Assembly: GCA_002256025.1 (NCBI GenBank)
Contig: NKIB01014596.1
Span: 1 to 42,293, forward strand
Direction of reading: 5' to 3'
Source of the DNA: Asterionella formosa
Taxonomy: Eukaryota
DNA: 42,293 nt
In this document: piece by piece, positions 1 to 12,886 of the stretch
Position numbering within the stretch: position 1 is the stretch's first letter
Layout: each line of letters starts with the position of its first letter
Notes under the pieces: generated by a model
Told to the model about the DNA's origin: nothing
Seen by the model: the letters and a program-made list of their open reading frames with translations, nothing else
Database searches by the model: none
Position numbers and translations under genes: made by a program

Positions 1-254
1 AAACAACTGGAATCTTTGCAATTGTGAACTCATGTAAGGATCCAAGTGAGAGTTTATTTAATAGCCGTCGTTCTAAAATGTTTGAGATAGCTCACCTGAT
101 GGGTTATGAATCAGGAAAGAGAAAACAGCTCATGTTTGTTACAGTCGATTGTATTTCTGCTCCTGCTGTTGTTGTCCCTAATAATGGAGTAATACCTGGG
201 TCGGTATTACCAGTTAAACCTCAGCATACTTGGCAATCTTTTTTCTCATTTTGA
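1..254 (+). mobile_element. 3' end of a Plavaka/CACTA(CMC)-like transposase ORF (5' part outside the window)
   Basis: The C-terminal peptide LMFVTVDCISAPAVVVPN...VLPVKPQHTWQSFF resembles the typical ending of these transposases as I recall it (L..VD.I..P..VVP....L.VKP...W...F). It lies about 1 kb inside a repeat terminus at 1288. Confidence 0.5.
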
Positions 255-659
255 GATTCGAAATATGCATGCACACAACACAGCAGTACTAGTTATTTCT
301 ATTAATATATATATATTAGCTACCGGTAGCTATATATATGAACGTCATAACGTCAATCCCCACATTAAATTTGTAGACTGTAATTTCTTCTGGATTCGTG
401 CACCTTATTCAATCATGAGTGCCTCCCGAACCCCAACGCGTTGTCTGCTCGGAATGAAGATGAAGACCTTTCTCTGGAGACGAGTGATCTCGTTTCCGTA
501 TTGCAGGGTAATTATTCTGGCGAAATTGGCCAGTTTGTATGCTACACGAAGGCCAAAGCGTTGGTCAATGTGTACGACAGGGTCTCCAATAAATCAGTTC
601 TCGACCATGCCCGGAAGCCTTCCGAAATCAAGAAAATCGTTCCTTGCGTCTGCAAATAA

Positions 660-1288
660 AAAGTCGGTGTCCGTGTCATCCTCATCAATAGAGAGCCAAG
701 TTCTTTCGTTGGAAAAATTGGTACCGTATCATCATTCGCTCGTTCGAACCACTGTCCGTTGCCTCAAACCTGATTAGCGTTTGAGTACCGGTACCCGGTA
801 TGTGCACTGTCGACTTTAGTACATTACAGGCGGAGTGACTTCGCTACTAAATTGCGTGATATAATAATATACCCTGTAGCACGATGCAGAATACAGTTGC
901 TTCCCAATCATCTCATCATGATTGATAAGATGATACTGTGATATCATCATAAGGTTACATCGATGCATACATCACCGAAGTATGATACGTAATATTGAAT
1001 AATGTACATCACAGAGCTATGATAAACTGATCCTAAAATTATGATGATTTTATTATATGTTTATGATATAATTTTGATCAAAATATGATCATGTAAAAAT
1101 AGTACAATGACAATAAAATACGATAAAATATGTACGCAAGTGTTACCAAGACATCATAGAAAATAAATCAAGCAATCATAAAGTATGTTAATTAATATTT
1201 ATGTTTGTCCTTTAATGTATACAGTTAAAGTCAACAGTTAATATGATAGTATTATACAGTGGATAGGATCTAAGTATACGGATGCGTT
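660..1288 (+). repeat. Right-end segment of a dispersed element, copy A (direct repeat of 12259-12886)
   Basis: Colinear with 12259-12886 over about 630 bp, with identical blocks such as GGTTACATCGATGCATACATCACC and TACAATGACAATAAAATACGATAAAATATGTA. Similarity stops sharply after GGATGCGTT in both copies. Confidence 0.9.
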
Positions 1289-4200
1289 AACAAATTCATG
1301 CGAAGAATGAAAATATCGGCGGAAACGTGGCTGACAACACTTCAGAAGTAGAAATGGTTGAAAAGTTGCAAAACCAAGAAACATACTTCCATGCCTATCT
1401 CGGTTAAAAAAAAATCAATGGTGATCTCGAACAGCCTACGTGCATCCCGACTTAGAAGAATGATCCCCATTCTTCCAGTTCCACTTCCTGAGAACACATA
1501 TCGGGTTGTGGTTAAATGGAGACTTCGAGTACTGCTTGATCAGCATCGTGACCACACTCACCGTATTGTTGCTAGTAGCAACAAGTTTTAACCTTCAGAC
1601 TGAAAATTTGTATACTAATCTATCTCTCGTCCCAACTTGGCTGCTCCGAGAAATTAGGGGTATCGTTTTTTGGTGCAGCGGACTGAGATCTCGCTCAAAC
1701 CAACAACAACTTCTTCCTGGAAACACTTTCAGAGTCATGCCTTGTTAATCCAATATCAAAAAAGACGCACAGGAAACGCTTAACCAGCAAGTCGTTAGAT
1801 TGAGAGAGTTCATAAATCGGCTGCACTGAGCAGTCGAATTGCATATGTCACAATTGAAAAATAGGCAATAGTGAAATCCTATGTAAATTAACAAAACCGT
1901 GATGAAATATTTTTTTATCTTAAATAGAAATGGTGAATATTTGTAATCATCATCATGACAGAGCAATGAAGCAACAACAATCCACCATGGCAGATACAAA
2001 TGGCGACCATTTCAGGGAAGAAGTGGGGAAATTCTACTGTTTACTGTACCAGAGGCATATGCGAAGTGCCATGCATGGCATCTAGGCCTACTCTTGTGCT
2101 TAATGTGATATTTTTAGACTTAATTTAGCTTCTAAACCAGATAGCAAAAACGACAAGATTAATGTGGAAGGAGATTTCGTTGCCATTCACGCAATTTGGA
2201 TGCTGATGATGGGGATCAAACAAGAAGGCCAATCTCTATTTATGTTCCCTATTCATCCGAAAATCTAACAACTGCTCCTTCTGGTTTGTTCTTGTTGAGT
2301 AATATACATATTCATCCTCCAACTCCTGCATCAAGAAACCAAGGAAACCAATCAACAACTGAATTAATAACCACCACGCATTCACCACCCATTCTCCTCA
2401 GCAGCCATAAGAAACACAAAAGACCATTCTCTACAATCGACCAACAAGAAGACGAAGAGTTGCACCAGTTCACTCCCCAGTTTGCATTTGACAAATCCAA
2501 GACAAGAAATGATTTATTGTTGAGTACTTCGCCCAACAACTCCACCTACTCTGGTTCCCGAAAATATGCAAGAAAACACTATGCAATCAAGCAACAGGAA
2601 TCAACTCTAAGTATTCACTCTTACTACATGTTTCCATACCCGACATACTGGAGGAAAAAATCTGTTTTTACATGTCAAGTGCTCAATGTGATACTCCTTT
2701 TCTTATTTACATTCTTCTTAAAACTGAGTTTTTCTTAAAAATGAGCAATGCTCCTTTGTAAAACATACTGGTTTACACAGAAACTGTGCTTTATTTTACT
2801 CGATTGTTACCACAAAACTATTTCATATACCGATATATATTGAAACAATTATAATTACTGGTAACACTTTCCCTGTTACCTGGATTTTACATGTTGCTTG
2901 ATACTGCTATGATATCGCCAGGATTATATTCTTCAAGAAATCGTTCAGACCTCTCATATCAATGATCACTTTAAGTTTTCATCTTTCCTCCTGTCTTCCC
3001 TCTTTTGTTTTAACTCATTTCACTAGTGATTTTGATGTTTTACATTGTAATATTTCAAGTTGCTTAGTTGGGGCGCGCATGCCAGGAATTCACAGTTGAC
3101 GTTCTACATTTTGGATGTCATCGAATTATTATGGTGCACAGGAACAAGCAATATGAAGTCATTGCCTACTATGTTCTGACAAAAAAGTAAAATTCTGACA
3201 TTAAATTAATTTTCCAACTAAAACATATTATCATACTTATATTTGTACATAAAAGCAGGTGATGCCAGCTGCATGGAGCAATAAAATAAAATAGCTTGTT
3301 CACTGCATTTCTTGTTGACTCCAAAAGTTGGGCAAACATTTGTACTATGGAAAATAGGCTAGTGGATGAGTTCAAAGTACAACCAATTTTGATAAGTGCA
3401 TAAATCACTATACCATGATTGCTTGAGTCATCATGATTATATCTAGAATGCATATTTTGTCCAAAACGTGAATTTACTCAAATTACCATAAGCTTGTAGT
3501 GCAAAATCTTCAAAATGATGGCTCTCAAATTTTCTGTGGTGGCAGGTACCCTACCAGCTAGGTAACATGATGGAGTGCTGTGACTGATGATAAAACCCCT
3601 GTACAATATCAGCAAAAACAAGTTGCAGTCATTTTGCTGAAACGGACAATGTGATGCCAGACATGCGCTTCTTTCATCTTATGTAGCTAGTCATCAAATT
3701 ATCTGTGTCACGGCTTACTAGTGACACGGCAATTATATTCTTCCAAACGAAAAAACGACGTCAAATCAGGGGCAAATAGCAAAGTAGCACATGACAATGT
3801 CTGGTAAGAAAAATAAGAAGCAGGTTTTATTGGTATGCTTTAGTAGCTGATAGAGCATGTTGCCTTTGATCTGAAGTTGTGTGGTTCTATTCCTGCCTGC
3901 AGTTCTTTTAGAGGCAATTGTTGGGTTCGACTCTCACACTCCTCATCATCCCCATCCAACGCATTGCTGCCTGGTCACGTCATGCATGAAAGAAAGGTTT
4001 GCCCCCCTCCCCTAGTACAAGTAGCTTATGCCGCCTTCCTAGTGGTGACAGTCTCCCCTATTAGCACTGTTGCTAAGATGATCACTTTACTTTTCAAGAA
4101 AGATTTTTGGGGGCTCACCAACTATGGTAAAGTTAAGGGAAGCGCAGGTCTTGTCTGAAGGCCATACTATTAACTACTATGTGTAACTCTCCAGCAAGGT

Positions 4201-4836
4201 ATTAGTATTAAGCACAATAAAAATGATCTTCAATATTGTAACTAATTGCTAAATGAAGATAATAGCTATGATATACTACACATGGGTAAGTTAGCTTTAG
4301 ATTAGGCTGGGTTGCTTCCAGGAACTAGACTCCCTGCGGAAGGGTGCCAAGAAAGGAAATTCATTTTTGCAATCAAGTTTGATTGGCTAGAACAAGTATT
4401 GAAAAGTCACAAAAAATCAGAAAACTCTACAGTTTTTTATTGACTTCTACCCGTCATTACAGGAGATAGAATGAGTTAAGGCATGATTGATATTACTTTA
4501 CAACTCATGAAGAACAGCCAGGCTGAATATTGCAGCAAAATGTAGTACTAACTTATTTGTTTGAAGTCGTCAAATGATTATATTGTAGAGCATCAAGCAG
4601 CACCATAATGTTTTTCCAGTTTTTAAAAAGTCTGCATTTGGATCAGAAGGTTTGAGAAAGATCTATGCACATGACGCTAGAAGCCAAGGAAGCAATTATA
4701 TCTAAACAATGAATGTTTGCATTTCCAATAACATGCTTGCCAACTACCAAAAGTCAATTAACATTTTGGAGATTTGGAGATCAAACTGCCACAGGACGAA
4801 TGAACACACATACTTCCTTCGTTACCCTTCCTTGAC

Positions 4837-6412
4837 TTATTCAACCAAGGCCATCAAGCGTCGATGTGTGGGAGATTCGTGTTGCTGACTGAGCCACAAG
4901 ATTCCTGCCACTGCCGCCAAGGCCGAGATGAACCATTTCATAATAATATTGCCACCCTTGATTTCACCGTAATAAAAGATACCCCATAGTCCACTCACTA
5001 ACAGCTGGCCTTGGCACATGGACATTCCAATACCTTGACCCAAGTGTGTGACCGACAGAATAGCAGACAAATTTCCCACGGAATACAAACATCCAGAAAG
5101 GAGACCAGGCAGCCAAAGGGTCTTGATGTGAAATTTCGGAAAAGACTCGATCGCGTCGTCTATTGATCCTCGTTTTTGATAAAGTGTGTTCAAAAATATT
5201 ATTATCCATATGACGACATTAACAATCATCGAGCCAGTTGCATAAGAAATTAGGTATGATGCACCCTTGAACCCTTGATTCGAGGCAATGTGCATCGGAA
5301 TCAAATTCAATCCACCCCAAGCTCCATTAATGGCAGCTCCCAAAATGCCCAACTGGCGACGGGTTAGCGATAAGCGGCCACCGAAAAAGACGACATTATC
5401 TTTCTCATATCCATCTTTGGCATCTAGCCGTGGCTTGTCGATGCAAAGCGATTCAACTTCGAACAAATTTCTCATTGAATTGATACTTCCTGCATCTTTT
5501 CGTTTAAAGGGGGATTCAGGGTCAAACAAAGGTTGCATTGAAGCGGGACTTCCTGCATCCTTTCGTTTGAAAGTAGATTGAAGATCGAACAAATTTCTAG
5601 TTGAAGTGGGACTTCCTGTGTCCTTTCTTTTTGTTATGCCGTGCAATAGTTTTTCATCTTCAGAGTCGGAATCACTGACAAAAGACTCCGCGTTGACAAG
5701 ATTTCCTTTCAACGACAGAGTTGCAGGCTCTGGTTGGGAATATATACTCATGCCAACAAGGCCAGCCATTAGGAGCAAGAATGCCAGTGCAGTGTGGGCC
5801 AAGTTCTTGACGCGCTCTTCGAAAATGACAATACCCCAGACAAAGCTCGAAATGACGACAATGCTCGACCAAGTACCGACCGCTACAGCTAATCCAGCGT
5901 GTCGTATCCCGTAAACGCCACATGCTGCCCCTGGGACCCAAAACATGCCTGATCGATTCAATGGGTAGATCGGAGTCAGGAGAAATGTAGATGAAAACTT
6001 GTAAGGTATCCCAGATATCAATTAAACGTACCTGATACAATACCCCATGGCGTCCAAGTGAATTCTTCGCCTGTGAGAAGTTTAGCAGAAGTGTCAGATT
6101 TGAATTCCTGGCAACAAAAAGATGCGTACTGATCTTTACATACCCATGAGAAGAACGAACCAGCAAGTCAAAAAGCACACGAGAGTCTTATAGGACTGTA
6201 TTGGAGTGAGAGAAAATGAATCCTATGCGTTAGTGTATGATGTTCAGAGGGATATTCTCAACCTATCGACATACCTGTAGGACTAATGGATGCGCATCGT
6301 TCGCGACAGAACATTTCAATGGAACTCCGAAGGTTCCAAAGCATATGGTTGCAACCAAGCCAGCAGTCCACCCGCAACCGTACCCGCAACCTTCAAATAT
6401 CGAGGTTGGCAT
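4837..6412 (-). CDS. TMEM144-like DMT-fold membrane transporter, 4 exons (6412-6275, 6195-6144, 6070-6032, 5948-4837)
   Basis: The spliced frame reads MPTSIFEGCGYGCGW...CFGTFGVPLK...HPLVLQ|SYKTLVCFLTCWFVLLMG|EEFTWTPWGIVSG|MFWVPG...GLAVAVGTWS...VSGLWGIFYYGEIKG. All three introns are GT-AG and keep the frame. The motifs are typical of TMEM144. Confidence 0.85.
5449..5631 (-). repeat. Three 63-bp (21-aa) in-frame tandem repeats in the central loop of the TMEM144-like protein
   Basis: KRKDTGSPTSTRNLFDLQSTF / KRKDAGSPASMQPLFDPESPF / KRKDAGSINSMRNLFEVES. Confidence 0.9.
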
Positions 6413-6689
6413 TGTCGGCTACCGATAGTGTTTTTATGCCTTTCTATCACAAATGAGAATTGCTGATCAACGCACAACCGTTTCTATGTGTGTGTGTCTT
6501 TTGAAATGCCCCCCCTGAAACATCAAATGTCCTGCCTCGAGCTATTCTACAAGGACACATGAAATTGATTTTTTTCAACGAGATCTGGCGAGGTCGAGGA
6601 GGGCACGCCACAGTCACACGTATGTAATATCAGTATGCACTGCGACATGAAGCGATATTTACGACGGCTGTTACCAGGTACTCCCTGGT

Positions 6690-7536
6690 AACTAATTCCT
6701 TCTCAGCCGCCGTAAAAATGAATAAATATGTACAAGGGACTATGAACAAATACGAGGTTTTTCTCTGGAATGTTCGAATTTTAGCGCTGGCACTGCCGGA
6801 AACGCAGTACTTCATTATGAAAGGGAGCATCTGAAGTGACTGAATTATATAAAAGATGACGAATGTCTCGTCAACTCGTTTTGTCATCGTTACCCAGAAA
6901 GATGTCAGTTCGGTTCCTGATACTGTACCAAAGTTGCAACAAGATAAATTGTACTGTGCCATGTATGAACATTAATTTATTCACGTACAACCAGTTTTAC
7001 ATAGACAACCGATATTGTAAATTTTCTCAGAGGAGACAATGTATTTAGGATTTATTGATGCATACATACATAGAGTAAATGAAATCTTCGTCACAAATCA
7101 TCACCGGTAGACTTCCCTTTATTTAGTTCGTACAGGTACTCCTGGTATGTGTCTGGTCAAAAAAGATGCGTTCCTTGACGCCGAGTACCTGGTACCTGGT
7201 ACCGGGTTACCATGGTACCCTGTTACCCTGAGACCACACCGTCTCGTTTACAACAAGTGCACACACCTGTCGCCATCCAGAAACGCATCTGATAGATCAT
7301 GATATTCCATTATTCCTTACGACCAACCTGCATAAAAATGCATTTCGAATACCGGTACTTGTTACTGCTAGGGCCTATGCACAGACACAGGAGAAGCAAA
7401 AACGAGGTTTTTCAATGGTATAACGTTCGAATTCCAGCACCGGCACTACAGCAGATACCGTACCGGTCCGTAATTACTGAGGATCTATGTAATCGGTAAA
7501 AATGTCTCTTCATCTCGTTTTGTCATTGATGTGCCT
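6690..7536 (+). repeat. Two degenerate direct copies of a non-autonomous element segment (~6690-6895 and ~7309-7536)
   Basis: Both copies share colinear blocks ACGAGGTTTTTC, GTTCGAATT, GGCACT and AATGTCTC.TCA.CTCGTTTTGTCAT. AGATGCGTT lies at 7164-7172 and AACGCATCT at 7282-7290. Confidence 0.7.
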
Positions 7537-7648
7537 GGTACCGATTTCTTTGTTTTGTGACATACCTAGCGGTAACAACAAAATCCATAAATAGCACCGC
7601 AAGGATATCTGCATTGGTGCTCCAAGTACTGGTTACCAGTACCTAGTA

Positions 7649-7842
7649 CCCTGATCCTGTAGGTTGCGGTCATGTGGATAAAGAGAGCTAACGTTTTAGT
7701 TTCAGGACAATTACAGCAACTTGCTTGTAAAATACCTTGCAAGTCGCGGTAATTTTGCTGAAAGTAAAGATTTATCTGTCTTTATCCCAGATCAAAATGT
7801 AAGTGCAAGCAAAATGACCGCAACTTGCCTCGCAGGAAGGGA
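7649..7842. mobile_element. ~194-bp fold-back MITE flanked by TA (Tc1/mariner-type)
   Basis: GTTGCGGTCAT (7663-7673) pairs with ATGACCGCAAC (7814-7824). The inner arm GGATAAAGAGAGCTAACGTTTTAGTTTCAGGACAATTACAGCAACTTGC pairs with the reverse complement GGATAAAGACAGATAAATCTTTACTTTCAGCAAAATTACCGCGACTTGC. TA is at 7647-48 and 7843-44. Confidence 0.75.
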
Positions 7843-8190
7843 TACCGGTACATTTGAATTCACCGCTAGTATGGAACGAGGTCTATCGGTATTACAGTTG
7901 AGCTCTGAGTTGAACCAAAGGAGAAACAGCAACCACACAGATGAGGTCTATGTATGGTGACGGATGCGAGATCTGTCCCACGCTTGCTCCAACCTACATC
8001 ATCATAACGGTAAAAAAAAATCTCATGGTGAAGGCAATCATTTCTCAAACATAATTACCGGCACGCTTCTATATTTATAAATATGCCGGTATTTACATTT
8101 ATTTTTTATTTTTCTGTCAACTACTGTTCATTGGTTGCTTTGTGTTGCTCTCGACTCCGCCAGAACCAGACACCATCTCCACAGTAGAAC

Positions 8191-10652
8191 ATGTCAAACC
8201 TTCCCAGACAAAGATTTGTCAGAACGGTGGAGCAACAAGCGCCGTCTTCTTCGAGCCCACCCAGGCAACGTGCATGCACGACGGGACCACTGGTTGTGCA
8301 TGAAGGCCCTCCTTTGGCGAACCTAAAGAAACGGCCAGTAAAAGTGGAACCACAAGAAGGGCAAGAAAACCCCTCATCCATTCTACTTCTGCAACGACCA
8401 TTAATCACGGGAACACTGGTTGGACAAGAAACACCGCGTTCGTCTGGATGGACGCAAAAGGAGGACCGGCGACGTCGGAAACGACAGGAGCTGTCTCCCG
8501 CCACATTGATGATTTCGTTTGGATTAATTCCAGTGCTTCTGTTTTTCTATTTATTCATGACTTCAATAATGATGATCAAACCGACATCTTACCTGTGGAA
8601 TCCCTTCGAAGGACAAAGTCGTAAGATTGTGACTGCTTTCATGGAATCTTCCGAGACTTTTCTCGACTCGATCAAACCACTACCCTCACGAGCCACCAAA
8701 GCGGATCAACTGACTTCCATACAGTTTCCACGTGTCACACGATGCTCGACACTATGGGAAACCTTTCCGATTGATGCATACCCCACGTCTGATCCATTCT
8801 TGCCATGGATCCACGACTTTTTTCCCTCCATAGACGGATCATCCGTTCAGTTTGTGGCTCAGAACAGACGGCGCTGTGATGTGGGCGACGATCGAACGGA
8901 AAGCATGAAATTTTGGGAACCTCAACTTGCACTCTTTCAACCCGTTCCGGTTGTTCAGGATAAAGATGGGAGGGTACGATTGGCAAGTACCTTCCAAGAA
9001 GCAACTGTCAATGAGACGAGGTTCATTTGTCGTTTCCATACCAATAATAATACAGAATACATCACTTTTTCGGAGTTTCCTTTCAACTATGAGTATATTT
9101 CCTGGAGGAAAGGCCATAGAAGTATGATACAGATAACAGGCAAGGACAATCAGCAGTTCTGGTTGAGTCAACTCATGTTTCATTGTCCAGTTCCAAAAGA
9201 GCTTCAAAATAGTGTGGCGAGAGGAGAACACGTTGTTCACGACATGAGCCAACTATGGCTGGATTTGATTCCTATTCGAACGCCGACTCGAAATGGAGTT
9301 CACCTTTTTACTGAAGACCACATCGGACCGGAACTTTTAAAGACAGAGAAGTTGCTAGACTTGCAGCGCGAATTTGGAAAGAAACATTACTTGCCACATA
9401 CGAATAGTAGCGGTAGATGGGCCAACCTCCCCATTTGCTTGCCCCCACCCAAAATCAAACGTCACAAGCTGACTGTGTGCACATGGACATCGGCATCCTA
9501 TACCCGTCGTGGTGATGCCGTCACTTTAGGTGATACAGAAGCTCGCCTTCGTGAATGGCTTCTATTTCAGAGACTGGTTGGCGTCAATCATGTCGTTGTC
9601 TATGATAATACGGCCCCCAGAGTGAAAGTTTCTCCATTGGCGCGCATTGCCAATGAATTTCCTGGTTTTGTCACTTATCATCGATGGCCCTGCGTCCTTT
9701 GTAGCAATAATCGACCCAACCATCGCCATCCTGGCGAACGATCTAGTCAGTACGCAGCTGAGGCTAGTTGCCGAGAGAGGTATGGACCATCTACTGACTG
9801 GATGTCTTTTATCGATACCGACGAATACTTGGTTCCCATGGGATCAGATACTTGGCAACCCATCCTAGAAAAATTTGAAGAGCGGAACTTACATATTTTG
9901 AAAATGAGATCTAGTCGAGCAAAGCCCAGAATAGAATTAATGGAGTAAGTTTTGGGCCAAAACAAGCATGTGTGGGATAGAATTTTTGCGAGTTATGCTG
10001 GTCTAATGTTCCTTTTTCATTGTACCATTTCGAAAGCGAATTAAAAGATCAATCTACATGCCCTGGCCCTGACCCTGGTTCGATATTGAATTCTTCAGAT
10101 GGGAAGGCGGCAGAACCATGTATTGGCCCACGCCACAACGAGACTTTTCTCCACGTATACAATTGTGATTTCATTCGACCCCCACGCCCTAATCGCTTTG
10201 AGAGAGCGATGAAGCAGATTTATCGGCCTGATCATGTATTAAACCATTTTGTTCATTACTCTACTGTTACTACTGATGTTGCTCGCCTATACAAAGACTT
10301 TGATCAACAAGAGAAATTCGTGAGAAACACTCACCGGATTTCTTGGAAGAAGACTTCTCCTGAAATCTTTTTGGACGACATCAATGAGGGAATGCTCATT
10401 CATACGCGATCTGTGCTCCCTCATGAGACTAAACACAAATCCTCTGAATGTGCATTGAATTCAAAACATTCCTGCAATATTGGTCATCTTTGTCCGGATG
10501 AGACTCCTTTTGTGGATGCGAAGCATAAAGCAAATACCTTCACGGATGCTGATGGAAAATATTGCAACTGCTGGAGGAATGCCAAAGTCGAAGATGTTTA
10601 CGTGCCAATTCTCGATACCCTTATCAAGAACCACATGAAAATGATCAATTAA
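8191..10652 (+). CDS. Type II membrane glycosyltransferase family 92 (DUF23)-like protein, 2 exons (8191-9944, 10037-10652)
   Basis: Single N-terminal TM segment, followed by LREWLLFQRLVGVNHVVVYDN and WMSFIDTDEYL (DxD motif), typical of GT92. A 92-nt GTAAGT...AAG intron joins the two ORFs in frame. Confidence 0.8.
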
Positions 10653-11201
10653 GCCGCCACTCAAGCTTACATCTTCTGCAGTGGAAAACTCAGTGACAAG
10701 CATTTATCAACTTGACCTTCAAGTAACAATGTTGTTTGGGGGGAATGTATCCAGCATCAAGGTGAGTATGGTGTTGTGCTTTCACTCCAGTCTACATTAC
10801 AAATGTCCTCATCCAAAGTATTTGTACTATTGTTAACTTAGACGTTAAAACCGAGGTCAACCAAGATGACCCAAATCGCAATTACCATTCTTGTCAAAAT
10901 AACTGCTCATTGCATACCTCACCACTGAAAAGTATGCATATGTTAGAAAAAAGAATCATGAAGAAAGGCAAGTTACTATTCCCACATACAAACCCATGAT
11001 AACCAGAGCTCATGTTGTGGCAGCAAATATGAACAACAAACACCCAAATGATTTGGGGGCCAAGTGCAACTTCACAACCTCCACAATTGTCGAGTTTTTT
11101 TAACAATCATAGCATACTATAAAATTCACTTAATCATTTAATTAATCATTTTTATAGCGCATTCTTACTATTATGTTTCTAGAGTGGCTGTCATTGCGCT
11201 C

Positions 11202-12886
11202 CATGCATCTGCAAATGAAAAACTATCATATTCCAATGATGCATTATAGGATTGTGATCAATCTGATCATAATTTTTCGTTATTTCATCTAATAATTTTG
11301 ATAAATGCCCTTGTAATTTAAATAGTAACCCTTTTGACTATGTATATTTAATTGTTATATGTATTGTTTCTATTTGATTCCTGTATTTGAATTTCTTGGT
11401 AGGATAATGTGGTAGGATAATGTACCAGCTACTAAAGTAATGTAATTTGGCTTGTCATTTCCACCTGTCATCACTCCGACTTTTGCAACAACAACGAAAT
11501 ACTAGCGATGACAAGTGGAATGATTGTTTGCAATCACGTCTTCAATTGTTGGTCAAGTGATCATTATATCTTTGAGTAATCGTCACGTGCAGTGAACCTC
11601 TGTTCATAATCATTCAATAAAGAGTTTACAGGAGAGAAGAAATCATTCAATTGTAAATCCGTTTTGTCGACCACCAGCATTACAATCTCGCCAATAAACC
11701 CGTAAACAAGAAACACATTCTACTTGTTCTCGTTGACATTTTGAATTCTCACATGATACTACATCTACTATTGAGATTCAGCATAGAAGGAGATACGAAA
11801 ATGTAACAGACTACTGTCCACATAGCTATAGTTATAGAATGATTCTGATTACAAATTCTTTTTCATATAGCTCGTTTCCGCATTTGGGATGCTGTACTTG
11901 TATTCACTGTTGAAATTGTCTGCGTCTTTGTTAACATAAATAGAGCGATAGCAAGTGGCTCTCTTCATTGTTGTCTGCTCATGGAAAACCCGCACAGTAT
12001 CTGTATCATCAACAATAGAGGGACAAATGTCCTTCATCATTATCATTGTGGTTTGCTGTATGAAAAACTTGATATCCATGTAGTCATTTGCTTGTTGGAA
12101 CTGTCCATGGACTCAAACCTGCTAAATGTGCGCATACACACACTCTCGACTTGTTTTCATTGATATGTTGTTCTTGTATTCACTGTTGAACTTATCCGCT
12201 TCTTTGTTACCATCAATAGAGCGACAAGTGGGTCTCTTCATTGTTGTTTGCTCCTGGAAAAGTCGGTGTCTGTGTCATCATCAATAGAGGGACAAGTGTC
12301 CTTCATCATTGTGGTTAGCCGCTGGAAAAATTGGTACCCATATCGTCATTTGCTTGTTGGAACTGTCCATTGCCTGAAACCTGCTTAGCGTGTGTGTACA
12401 TACACTGTTGACTTGTGTACATTACAGCAGTGACATAGCTAGTAAAGTGCATGTTATCATATCATACTCCATAGTAAGATGCAGAATACAGTTCCCAATC
12501 AACATTGAATGATTGATAAGATGATAATGTGATATCATGATAGGGTTACATCGATGCATACATCACCAAAATATGATACGTAATATTGAATAAAGTATAT
12601 CACATAGCTATGATGCATTGATCATAGAACTATGATGATTTCTTAAAATGTTTATGATATAATTTTGATCAAAGTATGATCATGTTAAAATAATACAATG
12701 ACAATAAAATACGATAAAATATGTATGCAAGTGTTATCGATACATCACTGAAAATGAATAAATAAAAATAATAATAAAGTATATTAGTCAATATATATGT
12801 ATTCGACTTTAAATATATACAGTAAAAGCAAATAGTTAATATGATAGTATTATATTGTGAATAGGATCTAAGTATATGGATGCGTT
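11202..12886 (+). mobile_element. Non-autonomous copy (B) of the element family ending in GGATGCGTT, about 1.7 kb
   Basis: The right 630 bp match 660-1288. The putative left end CATGCATCTG...ATCATATTCCAATGAT resembles AACGCATCTG...ATGATATTCCATTATT at 7282. The left boundary is tentative and no TSD was seen. Confidence 0.55.
11897..12416 (+). repeat. Tandem duplication with ~276-bp period (11897-12154 and 12173-12416)
   Basis: Both units start CTTGTATTCACTGTTGAA, share CTCTTCATTGTTGT, CAATAGAGGGACAA and GTCATTTGCTTGTTGGAACTGTCCAT, and end GACTTGT. Confidence 0.9.

Noticed and set aside
1300..4800. Short ORFs and a small GTGTCAC...GTGACAC hairpin with CTAG near 3706-3728 (Helitron end?)
   Set aside because: The ORFs are fragmentary and low-complexity. 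The CTAG lies inside the hairpin rather than ~11 nt downstream of it, so the Helitron geometry is not met.
660..12886. 630-bp direct repeats as LTRs of one retroelement
   Set aside because: There are no TG...CA ends, PBS/PPT or gag-pol between them. The interval holds ordinary intron-containing genes, so two independent insertions fit better.
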